Origin: a virus
Taxonomy: Duplodnaviria > Caudoviricetes
Length of the DNA: 64,000 nucleotides
IMG/VR virus record: IMGVR_UViG_3300021339_000007
Span: 16 to 64,015 of that record
Direction: 5' to 3' (one strand)
Below the pieces are notes generated by a model that was not told the DNA's origin, ran no database searches, and was given only the letters and a program-made list of their open reading frames with translations. Numbering within the stretch: the stretch's first letter is position 1; each line of letters opens with the position of its first letter. The translations under genes and the position numbers were made by a program. This document shows positions 37,009-48,127 of the stretch, one piece after another.

Positions 37009-39240
37009 ATGCCGAACAGTTTCTTCAGCCAGACTTCGGCGCTCGTGACGGACATTCCAAGCGCTTACGGAACGGTCACATCTCCTGCCATCGCGATGAC
37101 GGTCGTCGTAGAACAGGCACATGACGAGAGCCGGTCCTATATCGACGGCCGTTTCCACAAGAAGCGAGGTTACGCGCAGGGGCAAGACAAGCCGTTCCTG
37201 CAAGACACTTACATTGTCGGAACGGGCGGCAGAACGGGCCGGGCCTTCAATATCATCGCGGGCTCCGCCTACGATAGCTGGCGCAGTCCCTACTCGGATA
37301 AGTACGGAATCTATTGGGCGGACGGCACTGCCGGTGAGACCTTCGAGGCGGTCAGCGATACGACGACGGACGGGATAGAAGCCGCTGAGATCATCGTCAG
37401 CCGGGGCGTCCCGCCGATCGGATACACTCGGACCCGCGCCAACACAAACGCCTACCTGCATCTGGCGTACCAGTCCTACCCGTACGACTACCGTGTCGCG
37501 TTTGAGGACGGGCAGGCTATCCGCCTAGACGGCACAATCGACGGCGGAAGCTCGTGGCAGCCTCTCATGGTGGCCAATGGGCTGATCACGGAGCGTTACT
37601 TCGCCGCGCAGCAGGATCATGCGTGCAGGCTGCGCTGTTGGTTTGATGCCGAAACGCAGGAGCTCTGGGTCGAGATTGGAGACAGCGGGCAAGACGGCGC
37701 CCTTCACCATTGGGCAGGTGCCGGCGCGACAGGGAAAATACGGCTGGTCGGCATGAACGGCTGGGCCGCGCTGGAGTATTACCCGCTCCAACACGCTGCC
37801 TTGACCGTAAATGTCGCGTCGCGGCCTCTGGTGTCGGTCCCGCACACGAATGCGGCTTCGGCGCGCGTTGTCGGGAACAGCCTGACGCCCACTCCCGCGG
37901 ATCAGGTCACTGAGACCGCATGGGCGACAGATGGGATCAACTTCGAATTCAGCGCGCAAGCGAGTAATCCCAACACCGCGGTCGCCCCAAAAATCAGTGA
38001 TATGACGCTGCTGGTGGATGAAACGTGGAGCGATCGGATCGACGGCGATATCTTCTCATTCACGCAGATCAATCAGCTTCGTACTACCCTGACTCGCGAA
38101 AGCCAGACATGGGACGATAACAACCGCTGCATTCTGACGTCCGGTCAGCTCTACATCAACAATCATGATGGGCGCTATAGCGGCGCCTTCGGCAACTTCG
38201 CCTGTTCGATCTCCGCGCAGCTTAACCAGGCACGGCAGGGCCGGATCACGCATCGGGGCGTCTGGTTTCCGCGCTGCATCGGAATCGCGGGCGCAGGCGA
38301 GCAGGGTATCGGGTTCGAGCGGGCGGACCCGCACCGCATGATCTCTCTGCCGTTTGCGGACAAGCGCGTCCTGATGATGGTGGATCTTGAGAATGAGGTG
38401 ATTTACGACGGGTGGCCGCTGTTCGCAGCGGTGCGGCATATCGCGCGCAAAGGCAACATCCATCCACTGTTTCTGCAGACCATTCCGTATGAGCCCGACG
38501 GGCCGGCCTCGCCGAGCTGCACGACGCCTGTTCTGCCGAGGGGGACGGGGAACAATCCGAAGTACCGATTCCAGCCCGGAATGAGCTGCTGGAGCGTGCT
38601 GTTGCTGCTCGCAGCCGACAGCGGGCTGCCGGTTGCAGGCGGCGCCTATTCCATTCCGTACTTTACCGGCTTCGACAACCAGGGGCAGCTTCGGTTTGAG
38701 CCCTATGATCCGGCCGCAACGCTGCCGCTGGTGATGTACACCTCGAATAACAACCTGGTCGATGGAAACACGGTTTTTCCAATCATTGGGCGGCTCCAAC
38801 GGTGGGCATCGACCGCGCAGATGCGATCCGATATCACGGTGCAGGGCCTGGACCCGATCTCTTATCAGCTCGCTCAGGTGCACGCTCAGACGGCGCTCGC
38901 GGTGCGCAAGGCGATTGGTTATCGGCATACCACCCTGGAGCGGAGTGCGCGATATGGATCCGGGACCTCGCTGATCGATACTGCGCGGACGGTGGTGTCG
39001 GTGTCGTCGCTTGCTTCAGAGGTCGTAAGGTTCGAGACACTCTTCTCGCCGTGGCTGAACGCGGGCGCGACCATGCTGGTGAGTGATCGACAGCTGGGTG
39101 TCGGAACCTATGTTGTAACGAACATTGAAAGCGCTTATGGGTCCGATATCCACGGCAGGAGCGGGCAGCGGCAGTGCTACAGCACCATCACAGGCCGCAA
39201 TGTGACGGCATATCCTACTTCGCTCGGGGGCCTTTTCTAA
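37009..39240 (+). CDS. Tail tip / hub protein
   Basis: Follows the tape measure gene; FDNQGQLRF and C-terminal hub-like pattern. Confidence 0.65.
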   Translation: MPNSFFSQTSALVTDIPSAYGTVTSPAIAMTVVVEQAHDESRSYIDGRFHKKRGYAQGQDKPFLQDTYIVGTGGRTGRAFNIIAGSAYDSWRSPYSDKYGIYWADGTAGETFEAVSDTTTDGIEAAEIIVSRGVPPIGYTRTRANTNAYLHLAYQSYPYDYRVAFEDGQAIRLDGTIDGGSSWQPLMVANGLITERYFAAQQDHACRLRCWFDAETQELWVEIGDSGQDGALHHWAGAGATGKIRLVGMNGWAALEYYPLQHAALTVNVASRPLVSVPHTNAASARVVGNSLTPTPADQVTETAWATDGINFEFSAQASNPNTAVAPKISDMTLLVDETWSDRIDGDIFSFTQINQLRTTLTRESQTWDDNNRCILTSGQLYINNHDGRYSGAFGNFACSISAQLNQARQGRITHRGVWFPRCIGIAGAGEQGIGFERADPHRMISLPFADKRVLMMVDLENEVIYDGWPLFAAVRHIARKGNIHPLFLQTIPYEPDGPASPSCTTPVLPRGTGNNPKYRFQPGMSCWSVLLLLAADSGLPVAGGAYSIPYFTGFDNQGQLRFEPYDPAATLPLVMYTSNNNLVDGNTVFPIIGRLQRWASTAQMRSDITVQGLDPISYQLAQVHAQTALAVRKAIGYRHTTLERSARYGSGTSLIDTARTVVSVSSLASEVVRFETLFSPWLNAGATMLVSDRQLGVGTYVVTNIESAYGSDIHGRSGQRQCYSTITGRNVTAYPTSLGGLF

Positions 39241-40608
39241 ATGGCGAATTACAACGGGGCACCGAGCGCAGCGCAGCTCATCACGGAATTCGACCAGATC
39301 GGCGCGGTTCTGGAGAACTGCTACGGAACGCTTGGCCTTGGAATCGCAGGAGAGACCGGCACGACGGCGGCGCAGGTCGCTATTGCTCGAGCTGCGATTG
39401 TCGGAGACGGAACGACCAGCAATCCGGGGCTCGGCAATATCCTTGGGCCGAACTTAGCGCCGTCTCTGGACGCCATGGCCGGATATGTGCGTTGGGATGC
39501 GCTTTTCAGCAAGCTCGGTAATCAGCCCGTGCGCCAAGCTGACACACAGATCCAGAACAATGTGCCGTCCGGCTGGCTGCTGACGGATCTAACCAATGTC
39601 CATTACCTGAACAATCATCTGCTGAGGATGAACTCGGCGCATACCGGCGTGCCGACGACGCCGAGCATCACACCGACGCTTGCAGCCACGACAGGCGGCG
39701 CGCTGCCTAACTTCTCTTCCGGCAACTGCCCTCGGGTCGTTTACACGTTCTGCGGCGCTAGTGAACTTGATGAGAGCCTGCCAAGCACTCCAGCGACGGG
39801 CGTCGCGTGTTCTGGCGGCAATAATGCGCTGACGATGACTATTCCGGGCGGCGGTAATGTTCCGGCTGGGGTGACACTGATCAAGGTGTATCGCGGCTAT
39901 GTCGCCGGTGGCGTGGGCATCTGGTACTACGACCAGAAGGTCGCTGTCACAGCAGGGCAGCCGTACGCGAGTTTCCCGATCACGATCACGCAGCCGGACA
40001 GCGCGCTCAAGACAGATTGGGTACCGCCTTCGTGGCTTATCTGCTTGCTGAAGCCCCCGGCAGCGTGCCTTGTGGCGCTCGCCTATTCCGTCACAGGCGG
40101 AGGGAACGCGTTTCTCTCCGTGGCGCCGGGAGCGCCGCTGCCGGGCGTTCCGCTGCCTTTGCTCGCCGCGAACATGCTGTCACCGCAGAATGTGGCGTTC
40201 GGACCGTCCAATGGCTTCCTCGGGCTGGGGAACAACTATTCCACGCAGGGCGCGATCTTCGGCACAACGGTCATCGGAACCGGCTTCACGGCCGGCACAC
40301 TCCAGACGGCCAACAACGCGGCGGCAGGGCTCCAGGGCTTCGGCGGAACGACCGCACTTCGCTGCCGGATCACGGTGGCGTGCAATGCGGCGCCGACCGT
40401 CAGCCTGACCTATTCCTATTACGACGCGACGCAGGGCTACGGAAGCGCTCAGAGCGCATCGATTGGAGGAACCTTCTCCTCAACCGCAGTCGGAACGATC
40501 CTGAACCTCTCAGTTCCGGCAGGCAGGCTTGTCTACGCTGTGACGGCGGATAGCCCGACGGGCGCAGCGAGCGGCACTTATATCACCGAGAGCCAGGCGA
40601 TTCGATAG
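39241..40608 (+). CDS. Tail / virion protein
   Basis: Thr/Gly-rich; ESLPS..IKVYR fibronectin-like motif. Confidence 0.65.
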   Translation: MANYNGAPSAAQLITEFDQIGAVLENCYGTLGLGIAGETGTTAAQVAIARAAIVGDGTTSNPGLGNILGPNLAPSLDAMAGYVRWDALFSKLGNQPVRQADTQIQNNVPSGWLLTDLTNVHYLNNHLLRMNSAHTGVPTTPSITPTLAATTGGALPNFSSGNCPRVVYTFCGASELDESLPSTPATGVACSGGNNALTMTIPGGGNVPAGVTLIKVYRGYVAGGVGIWYYDQKVAVTAGQPYASFPITITQPDSALKTDWVPPSWLICLLKPPAACLVALAYSVTGGGNAFLSVAPGAPLPGVPLPLLAANMLSPQNVAFGPSNGFLGLGNNYSTQGAIFGTTVIGTGFTAGTLQTANNAAAGLQGFGGTTALRCRITVACNAAPTVSLTYSYYDATQGYGSAQSASIGGTFSSTAVGTILNLSVPAGRLVYAVTADSPTGAASGTYITESQAIR

Positions 40609-43401
40609 ATGGCGCTCACTGGCTATTCCGGTCTAGGATATCAGACGCCCTGGGGATCGTTGTCCCTTGATCCGAATGTCTGCGATGGCAATACCGCAAC
40701 CGAATTCGCGTCCGCCCACTCGCCGCCTAACATCTGTACAGCGGCGATTGATACAGGCGCTTCCGGCTCGATCTCGCAGATCAGCTTTAATATCAAGTAT
40801 GCGGACAACTCGCCTACTGTCAGCCTGGAATGGTCCAATGATCACGCCACCTGGTCTTCGGCTGGCATTCCCGCTCTGTCGCCTCCGCCGCATGGTGGAA
40901 CCTATTCGGCGTGGTCACAGACCCTTACCGGACTGTCTCTTACGGCGCAATACGTGCGGATCTCCATCAGCGATCCATCGGGCGGTTGCGCGGTCGTGGA
41001 GCTCACGGTCCCGGTCATCTCAGCTTATGACTGCGAGACGACTACCACGACTTTGCCGGCGGAGTGGAACTCCTCGGCCTCGTTTAAGAAGCTGACGTTC
41101 GCGCTGGGCTCGCCGTCGACCGGGAAATGGTGGGGCGGAACCCTCCGGCTCGAATTCAATATCGACGTCGGGTTCACCACGATCGATACGGCGCACCGCT
41201 ATTACCTGGAAGCGTGTGTGCTGCGTGCGGACAATGCGACCAACGACGGCGCCTTCTTCCTGAGCAGCGGAAGCGGTCTGAGGTTCCAACTGGTCAACTC
41301 GACGCTCACCTATGATCTTGAGGTGACCCTGACCGATCAGTTCCTGGATGCGTGCTCCGCCTCGGCGGGCGGCAACCTGGTGATCACCGTCTATTCAAAC
41401 TGGCCTGTATCTCCGGCGCGGCATATCGCGATCACGGACGCAGAGCTGTGCCTTCGGAACAACGCGGGCAGCACGATCTCCGGAAGCAACGCGGGCGCGG
41501 TACCGGTCGACCAGCCGTGCGATCCGCTCTGCGGCTCCAATGCGATGACGGATGCGTCCGGCACGTTTTCTAGCCCGAATCTGGAAGGCGTGAAATACAA
41601 GGTCATCAGCGGCTCGCCGATCGATATGCTCACGCTGATGAGCGGCTACGTGAACAGCGCGGCCTCGGCTGCTACCTACGAGAGTGATGGGTTGCTGCGC
41701 CATATCGACGTCACGATCCCGGTACCGTCGACCGCCCAGCCGTTCGGGTGGCTGAGCGTCAAGCTGAACCTGAAGGGCACCTATACGCCGGATCATGATT
41801 ACGGGCAGCTGGAAACGACCAACGATTACCCGCTCTACCGGTTCCTGATCGGCTGCGACGTTCACGACCACGGCAGCTCGTTCACCATCGATCAGATTGC
41901 CCAGAGCGATACCTTCGACGGTCGATACGCCGCCGACTTCTCGGTGGACGGCATCGAACTTGACCTGTGTCCGGGATCCGGTTCGGTGACCTCTGCGCCG
42001 TTCGGCACTTCGATGAACAGTAATCTGGGGCATACTTACCGGCTCTACATTGCGGCGCTGCATATCGCGAACGACGGCGCCGGCCATAGCGGAGACAGCC
42101 TCATCGATTGGGGCAACTTCACCTTCACGGATGCAACGTTCACCTTCACGGAGTGCGAGCCCGGTACCGCCGGATCCTACGATTCGACCAAGACGGCGGA
42201 CCCGGGTCCGGTGTTCTCGGATCCATCGCCCTTGCCGCTCGACAGCATCGGCGGGTTCATTGCTCATCTGAATGCGACGGCGGTCTACAAGAAGGCTGCG
42301 AATCCGGACATCGTGCTGACTTACGATCGGTGGATGGGGCCCGCGGCGCCGTCGCCTACTTACGGCGCCGGGTGGCACTACTATCATACGAACACCGGCA
42401 TCAGTGACGCAGACGGGCATGTCAACCAGTATGTCGGCGATCTTTACCATCCGCCTCCGGCCGGCTATACGCTCGACAGCTTTACTATCAACTCCTTGAC
42501 GGAGGAGTATTGCAAGTGCCTTGACCTGGACATGAACTCGGTTCTGCTGCAGGCCGACACGTTCAAGGGCATTCTGAACGCGTTATGGGTGAGCGGCGGC
42601 CCGCCGGGGAAACTGAAGCACGCCGCGCACCTGGCGCCCGCGAAGCACATCGGCAGCTCGACGGTGGGCTGGGAAGCAACGCAGGAGATCGAGACGACCG
42701 ACGATGTCAGCAACTGCGGCATGGTGTATCTGCCGAATGGTCGGCTCTACATCAATTACCAGTATGCGGGCGATTTCAAGCAGCGGCACAACGATCGGTT
42801 CGGGACCGGCTCAGCCTCGGACTGGAGCGCGAGTGCGGCGGCAGACAGCGACCATATCAGCGCGGCCGGGACCGGGCAGCAGCAGGTATGGCGCTTCGAA
42901 GTCGGCGGCGCCGGGATACCCGGGATCATCTATTTCGCGCAATGCCGGGATAACCGCGGCGAGGAGTGGACGACGGCCGTAGAAGCGACCGGCAACATTG
43001 CGCGAGGCCCACTCTGCGCGGGGGCCTTTACCGGAAATCAGTATCTGCTTCTCTACACCAGAGGGGCGGACGGCAATATCTTCTTCCTATCTACGGCAGA
43101 CCCGGCCACCTGGAGCGGAGACGGCACGGATACGGGATATGCGGGCAATGTATGCGGATTCGCGCGGCATCCTTCGGGGCGGCTGGTGGGGCTGGTACAA
43201 GCGACCAAGGGCGGGCCGTGTAAGTGCCTGATTTCCAACGATCAAGGCAGCTCCTGGACGCAAACCGCAGAGCTTGGGATCAGCCCGGAGATTGCGCCGG
43301 TGATCGTTTCGGACATCGCCGGGATTATCTATGTGGTCTATATCGAAAGTGACTCCCCCCGATTCGTCTGCAGCGTCGACGGGGGAGTCACTTTCGTTTA
43401 A
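40609..43401 (+). CDS. Large tail or receptor-binding protein with C-terminal BNR beta-propeller
   Basis: Asp-box motifs SNDQGSSW and SVDGGVTF; N-terminal discoidin-like region. Confidence 0.65.
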   Translation: MALTGYSGLGYQTPWGSLSLDPNVCDGNTATEFASAHSPPNICTAAIDTGASGSISQISFNIKYADNSPTVSLEWSNDHATWSSAGIPALSPPPHGGTYSAWSQTLTGLSLTAQYVRISISDPSGGCAVVELTVPVISAYDCETTTTTLPAEWNSSASFKKLTFALGSPSTGKWWGGTLRLEFNIDVGFTTIDTAHRYYLEACVLRADNATNDGAFFLSSGSGLRFQLVNSTLTYDLEVTLTDQFLDACSASAGGNLVITVYSNWPVSPARHIAITDAELCLRNNAGSTISGSNAGAVPVDQPCDPLCGSNAMTDASGTFSSPNLEGVKYKVISGSPIDMLTLMSGYVNSAASAATYESDGLLRHIDVTIPVPSTAQPFGWLSVKLNLKGTYTPDHDYGQLETTNDYPLYRFLIGCDVHDHGSSFTIDQIAQSDTFDGRYAADFSVDGIELDLCPGSGSVTSAPFGTSMNSNLGHTYRLYIAALHIANDGAGHSGDSLIDWGNFTFTDATFTFTECEPGTAGSYDSTKTADPGPVFSDPSPLPLDSIGGFIAHLNATAVYKKAANPDIVLTYDRWMGPAAPSPTYGAGWHYYHTNTGISDADGHVNQYVGDLYHPPPAGYTLDSFTINSLTEEYCKCLDLDMNSVLLQADTFKGILNALWVSGGPPGKLKHAAHLAPAKHIGSSTVGWEATQEIETTDDVSNCGMVYLPNGRLYINYQYAGDFKQRHNDRFGTGSASDWSASAAADSDHISAAGTGQQQVWRFEVGGAGIPGIIYFAQCRDNRGEEWTTAVEATGNIARGPLCAGAFTGNQYLLLYTRGADGNIFFLSTADPATWSGDGTDTGYAGNVCGFARHPSGRLVGLVQATKGGPCKCLISNDQGSSWTQTAELGISPEIAPVIVSDIAGIIYVVYIESDSPRFVCSVDGGVTFV

Positions 43402-43462
43402 CGGGCGAATCAGGGCTCCACAGTGGTAAGCATCGGGAAGACTATCTTCTTGGAGAAATGGG

Positions 43463-44074
43463 ATGAGAATGCGCAACGTGTTTGCAGGGTTGGGAATGGC
43501 GCTGCTTGCGGCAGCGATGATGCTGGGAGGCGTGAAGCCCGCTGCAGCTCAGTCCGACGCATTAGTATGGGCTTCGCAGTATGGCAGCGTGTCCCAAGGG
43601 TCCACTCAGGATGACGTGTACTGCACCGTAGGGATCGGGAACTACCCGACCGCGCATGCAGCGGCTCTCGCGGCCAGTCATTCTTGTGATTGGGGGATCG
43701 TCTTCCACCGGATCGTTACCAAGATCGAGAAGTCGACCAACAACGGTACGACCTGGACACAGGACGGAACGGCGGAGAGCTACATACTTGGGCACCTGAA
43801 CAAAGAGGATACCGTCTGGAACACTTCCGGCACCGTACCCACCCTGGACCCGCAGACGTTCAATGTCGACTACATCTGCTATAACCCGACAGATAACTAT
43901 GTGACGTGGGCGTACCTATGGAACCCTTACTCGGGCTACGCAGGGCTGGATTACAAGATCACCTACCACTACCGTATTAAGTTCGTGTATAGCGATAAGT
44001 ACGGCTACGATCAAGACGGTGGCGATTACGAGACCGCTAACCTGACCGCGTATCGAGGCGAGCATCACAACTAG
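43463..44074 (+). CDS. Secreted protein (moron-like)
   Basis: Sec signal peptide ending ..PAAAQ. Confidence 0.65.
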   Translation: MRMRNVFAGLGMALLAAAMMLGGVKPAAAQSDALVWASQYGSVSQGSTQDDVYCTVGIGNYPTAHAAALAASHSCDWGIVFHRIVTKIEKSTNNGTTWTQDGTAESYILGHLNKEDTVWNTSGTVPTLDPQTFNVDYICYNPTDNYVTWAYLWNPYSGYAGLDYKITYHYRIKFVYSDKYGYDQDGGDYETANLTAYRGEHHN

Positions 44075-44305
44075 GGGTTTCCAGGTGTAATAATCGCGTG
44101 TGCTCCACTTGGTCGAAAGCGCGTTTGCATCGCAGGCTCTTTCTTCGGAGGCACGACTACGGTATACATTGGGACCATTCGCACAAGGATGGTCCCGACC
44201 ACGACAAGCAGTGCGACGATGGCGGTAGCTAAGATGAGCGCTGGGATGGTTTTCTTTTTGGTGGGCATGATGCGGGGATTGTACCCGATTGGTTGAGGAG
44301 AGAGC

Positions 44306-45868
44306 ATGACAATTGCCTTTGATGCAGTCAGCGGCGGCTCGGTATCAGGCACCGCACTCACCGTGGCTCATACGTGCGCGGGCAGCAACCGGCTGCTTCT
44401 GTCGAGCATCTTCGGCGACTCTGCAGATGTGATCACGGGGGCCACCTATAACGGCCTCGCGATGACGCTGGTCGACAAGCTGTTCGATGGCGCCAGCAGC
44501 AGGTTCCATTACTGTTTCGCTCTCCTAGCTCCCGCGACCGGCACGCACAATATTGTCGTCTCGGCGAGCACATCGATCATTATGGGCGCTTCTTCTGCGT
44601 CCTACACAGGTGTTCTGCAGTCCGGCCAACCAGAAGCCTTCGCTCATAACTCCAACCCGTCTACGGCGTCGCTGGCAACCATAGTAACGACACTTACGGA
44701 CAATGCCTGGACCGTCTATTGCGCTCATGCCGAGGGGGGGCATCCGGCAGCAGGCGCCAACTCAACTTTCAGGGGCGACGACGGCTTTGGCGGGGTCGGT
44801 ATTTCCGCCATTATGGACAGCAACGGCCCGATATCGCCCGCTGCTGCGCATTCCATGACGTTTACGGCTACCAGTGGCCCTTGCATCGGGATCATCGTTT
44901 CGATCGCGCCTTTAGGTGCTGCGCTTTCACCCGGCACGGCTTCGCTCACTTCGGCGACCAATACTACGCTCACGCTGAACGGAGGCACCGCGCTTGGCGG
45001 CACGGCTCCCTATACTTACCAGTGGTACCGATCGACCACAGCCAACTTTACTCCAGGCGCCGGGAACCTGCTGAGCGGAGCGACCAGCGCAACGCTTGCC
45101 GATAGCGCATCTCTTGCGGCGGACACTCCCTATTACTACATCAGGCGCGTTACGGACAACGTAGGGGCGACCGCCGACACGAACCAGGTTGCAGGTGTGC
45201 TCAAAGCTGCGCCGATCATTGTGTTCTTTCTTGGAGACAGCATCACCCTTGGAACCGGAGGCCCGAACCCTCCTGCAGACAGCTTCCCGGCCCTGTTTGC
45301 AATCGAGCTGGCGCATCTTTACAAGCAGCGCGCGGTCACGGCGGTCAACGGTGGGATCGGATCGACAAGTTCAACCGATTGGGCCACGGACGCAGGCGGA
45401 ATACTCACCGCTGCCAGAGCAGCTGCGACCGGGGCGGGCGCCACTCACGTGATGATCATGCTGGGCGCAAACGATGCGGCGGCTCACATTTCGGCGGCGA
45501 CGTACAAGAGCAACCTTCAAACTATTGCGAACGCCTTCATCAGCGATGGCAAGAAGGTGATGATCAACTATCCCAGCTACATCCCGGCCGGAGCCAATGG
45601 CGGCGCGACGGATGTAGCCGCGACGGAGAGCATGCGCAGCTACCTCGCTCAGATCGACTCGCTTGTAGATAACGTGAACTATCTGCAGAGCGACAAGATC
45701 GCTTATAACTGGTTTGTCGATCACCAGAGCGAGGTCCAGACCGACCAGACGCACATGCTGGAAGCGGGTCATCAATCTCTGGCAATCATACAGGCGAGGG
45801 CTTTCGATCGGTCGGTGCTTCAGGTCGTTGCAGCGGCAGGCACAGCTTCGGGATTTGTGGAGGGTTAA
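44306..45868 (+). CDS. Virion protein with SGNH/GDSL esterase domain
   Basis: FLGDSIT, G.G, LGAND, DQTH blocks. Confidence 0.8.
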   Translation: MTIAFDAVSGGSVSGTALTVAHTCAGSNRLLLSSIFGDSADVITGATYNGLAMTLVDKLFDGASSRFHYCFALLAPATGTHNIVVSASTSIIMGASSASYTGVLQSGQPEAFAHNSNPSTASLATIVTTLTDNAWTVYCAHAEGGHPAAGANSTFRGDDGFGGVGISAIMDSNGPISPAAAHSMTFTATSGPCIGIIVSIAPLGAALSPGTASLTSATNTTLTLNGGTALGGTAPYTYQWYRSTTANFTPGAGNLLSGATSATLADSASLAADTPYYYIRRVTDNVGATADTNQVAGVLKAAPIIVFFLGDSITLGTGGPNPPADSFPALFAIELAHLYKQRAVTAVNGGIGSTSSTDWATDAGGILTAARAAATGAGATHVMIMLGANDAAAHISAATYKSNLQTIANAFISDGKKVMINYPSYIPAGANGGATDVAATESMRSYLAQIDSLVDNVNYLQSDKIAYNWFVDHQSEVQTDQTHMLEAGHQSLAIIQARAFDRSVLQVVAAAGTASGFVEG

Positions 45869-45871
45869 TCA

Positions 45872-46690
45872 GTGAGTAACAACACGGTGCTTAATACCGG
45901 GGCCGGGGGCGATACGGTTCGCACGATCGAGAAGGGAGCGTTCAAGGTCGCTTCTTCCGTGATCGATAAGGGAGGCTCCGGAGCGGAAAGCCTGGTCAGT
46001 GACGCCAATCCGCTTCCGGTGCAGCTTACCGATGGGACCAATACGCAGGGAACCTCGGCGCATCCGGTTCGCACGGATCCGACCGGAACGACGATCCAGC
46101 CGGTAAGCGGAACCATCGAAGTTACAAACGATGTCGGAAACCCGCTGCCTGTCTCGGCTTCGGCCCTCCCCCTTCCTACCGGTGCGGCTTCCTCGGCAGC
46201 GCAGGCCACCATCATTACGGCCCTGGCGGCGATCCTCTCCGCGCTTGGGACGGTGGAGATCACCAACGACGCAGGCAATCCGCTTCCCGTCTCCGGAACG
46301 GTGGGCGCCAACCTCGCCGCAGGGACCAACCTGATCGGAGCGGTGGCGGCGGCGCTGCGCTCGGATGCCCTGATGAACGGGACCACGCTGCTGACGCCCA
46401 AGTTTAAGACCGTCACGCTTTCGGCAACCGGGGAGCTGGTCGCCCTGGTGAACGCGAAGAAGATCAGGGTGGTGCGCTATTCGCTCATGGCCGACGCGGC
46501 CTGTACGGTCTACTTCAAGAGCCATACGGGAGGCCAGATCAGCGGCACGAAGTACCTCGGGGCGCTCGGAGGCGCGGGCGGCACCTTCTGCGCGGCGGGA
46601 CACTTTGAGACGGCATCCGGCGAAGCGCTCGATCTGGTGATTACCGGGACGGCAAACGTCTCCGTCGATGTCACTTACGTGGAGGTCTGA
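45872..46690 (+). CDS. Tail fibre-like protein with NPLPV repeats
   Basis: ANPLPV / GNPLPVS occur three times. Confidence 0.65.
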   Translation: MSNNTVLNTGAGGDTVRTIEKGAFKVASSVIDKGGSGAESLVSDANPLPVQLTDGTNTQGTSAHPVRTDPTGTTIQPVSGTIEVTNDVGNPLPVSASALPLPTGAASSAAQATIITALAAILSALGTVEITNDAGNPLPVSGTVGANLAAGTNLIGAVAAALRSDALMNGTTLLTPKFKTVTLSATGELVALVNAKKIRVVRYSLMADAACTVYFKSHTGGQISGTKYLGALGGAGGTFCAAGHFETASGEALDLVITGTANVSVDVTYVEV

Positions 46691-46822
46691 TATGGGAGCG
46701 TTCATCCTCTGGGCATGGCTGAATCTGCCGGAGATCGGTGAACAGCCCGAAGTCCCTGCGCCGGTTCGGGTCGTACTCTCCGGGCGCGTTGACGGAGTAG
46801 CACTGTCGGGAGGAGTCGCGTA

Positions 46823-47161
46823 GTGGCAGACGGATTCGGGGATATGAAGCTGCGCGAGGAGCGCAATGTCTACGGCACTCTCACTCCGGATCCTGACGGC
46901 GATCCGAACACTCTCACCATCGTTTCGGCGACTGTGACGCTGAAGGATGAGGATGATAACGTGGTCGGCACGCCGCCGGTCTCGAATGTGCCTGCTACGA
47001 GTTTCACGGATGGAGAAAGCACGGCGCCGGAAGCCTGGTACCTGCTGAAGCCGACCGCGCTTGCGCTGTCGCCCGGGAGCTACGTCGCTGAGTTTCTAAT
47101 CGTGTGCGATAACGGCTGCAAGTATGAGCCGGTTGTGTCGGTGATCGTCTGCGACGATTAG
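46823..47161 (+). CDS. Small virion protein (BppU-N-like)
   Basis: Acidic, beta-rich; PGSYVAEF. Confidence 0.55.
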   Translation: MADGFGDMKLREERNVYGTLTPDPDGDPNTLTIVSATVTLKDEDDNVVGTPPVSNVPATSFTDGESTAPEAWYLLKPTALALSPGSYVAEFLIVCDNGCKYEPVVSVIVCDD

Positions 47162-47180
47162 CTCGGTGCGGCAATTCAGG

Positions 47181-47216
47181 AAAGCAATGGGAGCTGCCTT
47201 CGGGCGGCTCTTTTTG
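47181..47216 (+). terminator. Rho-independent terminator
   Basis: GAGCTGCC-TTCG-GGCGGCTC-TTTTT. Confidence 0.8.
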
Positions 47217-47300
47217 TTGGTCAGGTAGTATCGGCCCAATCTTCAAGAAGAGATTTTCGCGGCCCTGTACGTCGCTAATCCAGAATGGAAAGGCACGCTT

Positions 47301-47765
47301 ATGGAACATGTGAGGTGCGACTGGAATTCCGTGAAGATACCAGTGACCAGACCGACTTACGAACACATCCGCACTCGCAAAATTCGGATCATGTCGTTTC
47401 TAGACAAGAGTGAAGCGGCGATTATCGGGGTCAAGATCGTGGTCGGCACGCAGCTTGCTATCGATCCGCCACCGCTTTATCTGAACCCGGTTTCTCACAT
47501 CCTGCGCACGCTGTTTCCAGGTGTGCCCCTGTGGGTGCATGGGATGATCCTGGTCGTACTGGCGATGCTGCATGTGTGGGCGGTAGTTCGCAGCAGCTTT
47601 CGATGGCGTCGCCTTTGTATCGCGGCTGGAGTGGCGCTCTTTTTATACATTGGGTGGGCGGCGATTATGTCCGGCGGGATCGTGCCGGGTCTTTTGCTGG
47701 TCGTGCTTTACACGTTATTCGGAGTGGTCAACTACATGACACTCATGCGGCCCCCCGCCGAATAG
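47301..47765 (+). CDS. Multi-TM membrane protein (holin-like)
   Basis: 3-4 hydrophobic helices; lysis region. Confidence 0.55.
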   Translation: MEHVRCDWNSVKIPVTRPTYEHIRTRKIRIMSFLDKSEAAIIGVKIVVGTQLAIDPPPLYLNPVSHILRTLFPGVPLWVHGMILVVLAMLHVWAVVRSSFRWRRLCIAAGVALFLYIGWAAIMSGGIVPGLLLVVLYTLFGVVNYMTLMRPPAE

Positions 47766-47773
47766 GAGGGCAA

Positions 47774-48127
47774 ATGCCAACCTGGTTATCTGCGCTAGTA
47801 GGCACCATTTGCAGCGGGGTAGCCATTGGATGCGTGACGTGGCTGATGAACCGCCAGGGATGGCTGATCAGTCGGCGCGGCACGGTCGAAACGCTGTATG
47901 CGGCGGAAGTCAAACAACTGCGCGAGGAAAACAAGATCGCCCATGATCTGATCTACGCGCTGCGGCAGGAGATCTTGAAGGAGATGATCGGCAAGATCGG
48001 CACAGACGGGCTGACGCCGCGCCAGGTCAAGCTGATGACTTACACGATCGAGGAGTTGCACAAAGAGTATCTGCACACGACCACCGACGATGCTCTACGG
48101 GGCAGCGAAGTGGATCGTCACAGGTAG
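47774..48127 (+). CDS. N-terminal TM plus coiled-coil protein
   Basis: AGGAGG RBS. Confidence 0.6.
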   Translation: MPTWLSALVGTICSGVAIGCVTWLMNRQGWLISRRGTVETLYAAEVKQLREENKIAHDLIYALRQEILKEMIGKIGTDGLTPRQVKLMTYTIEELHKEYLHTTTDDALRGSEVDRHR

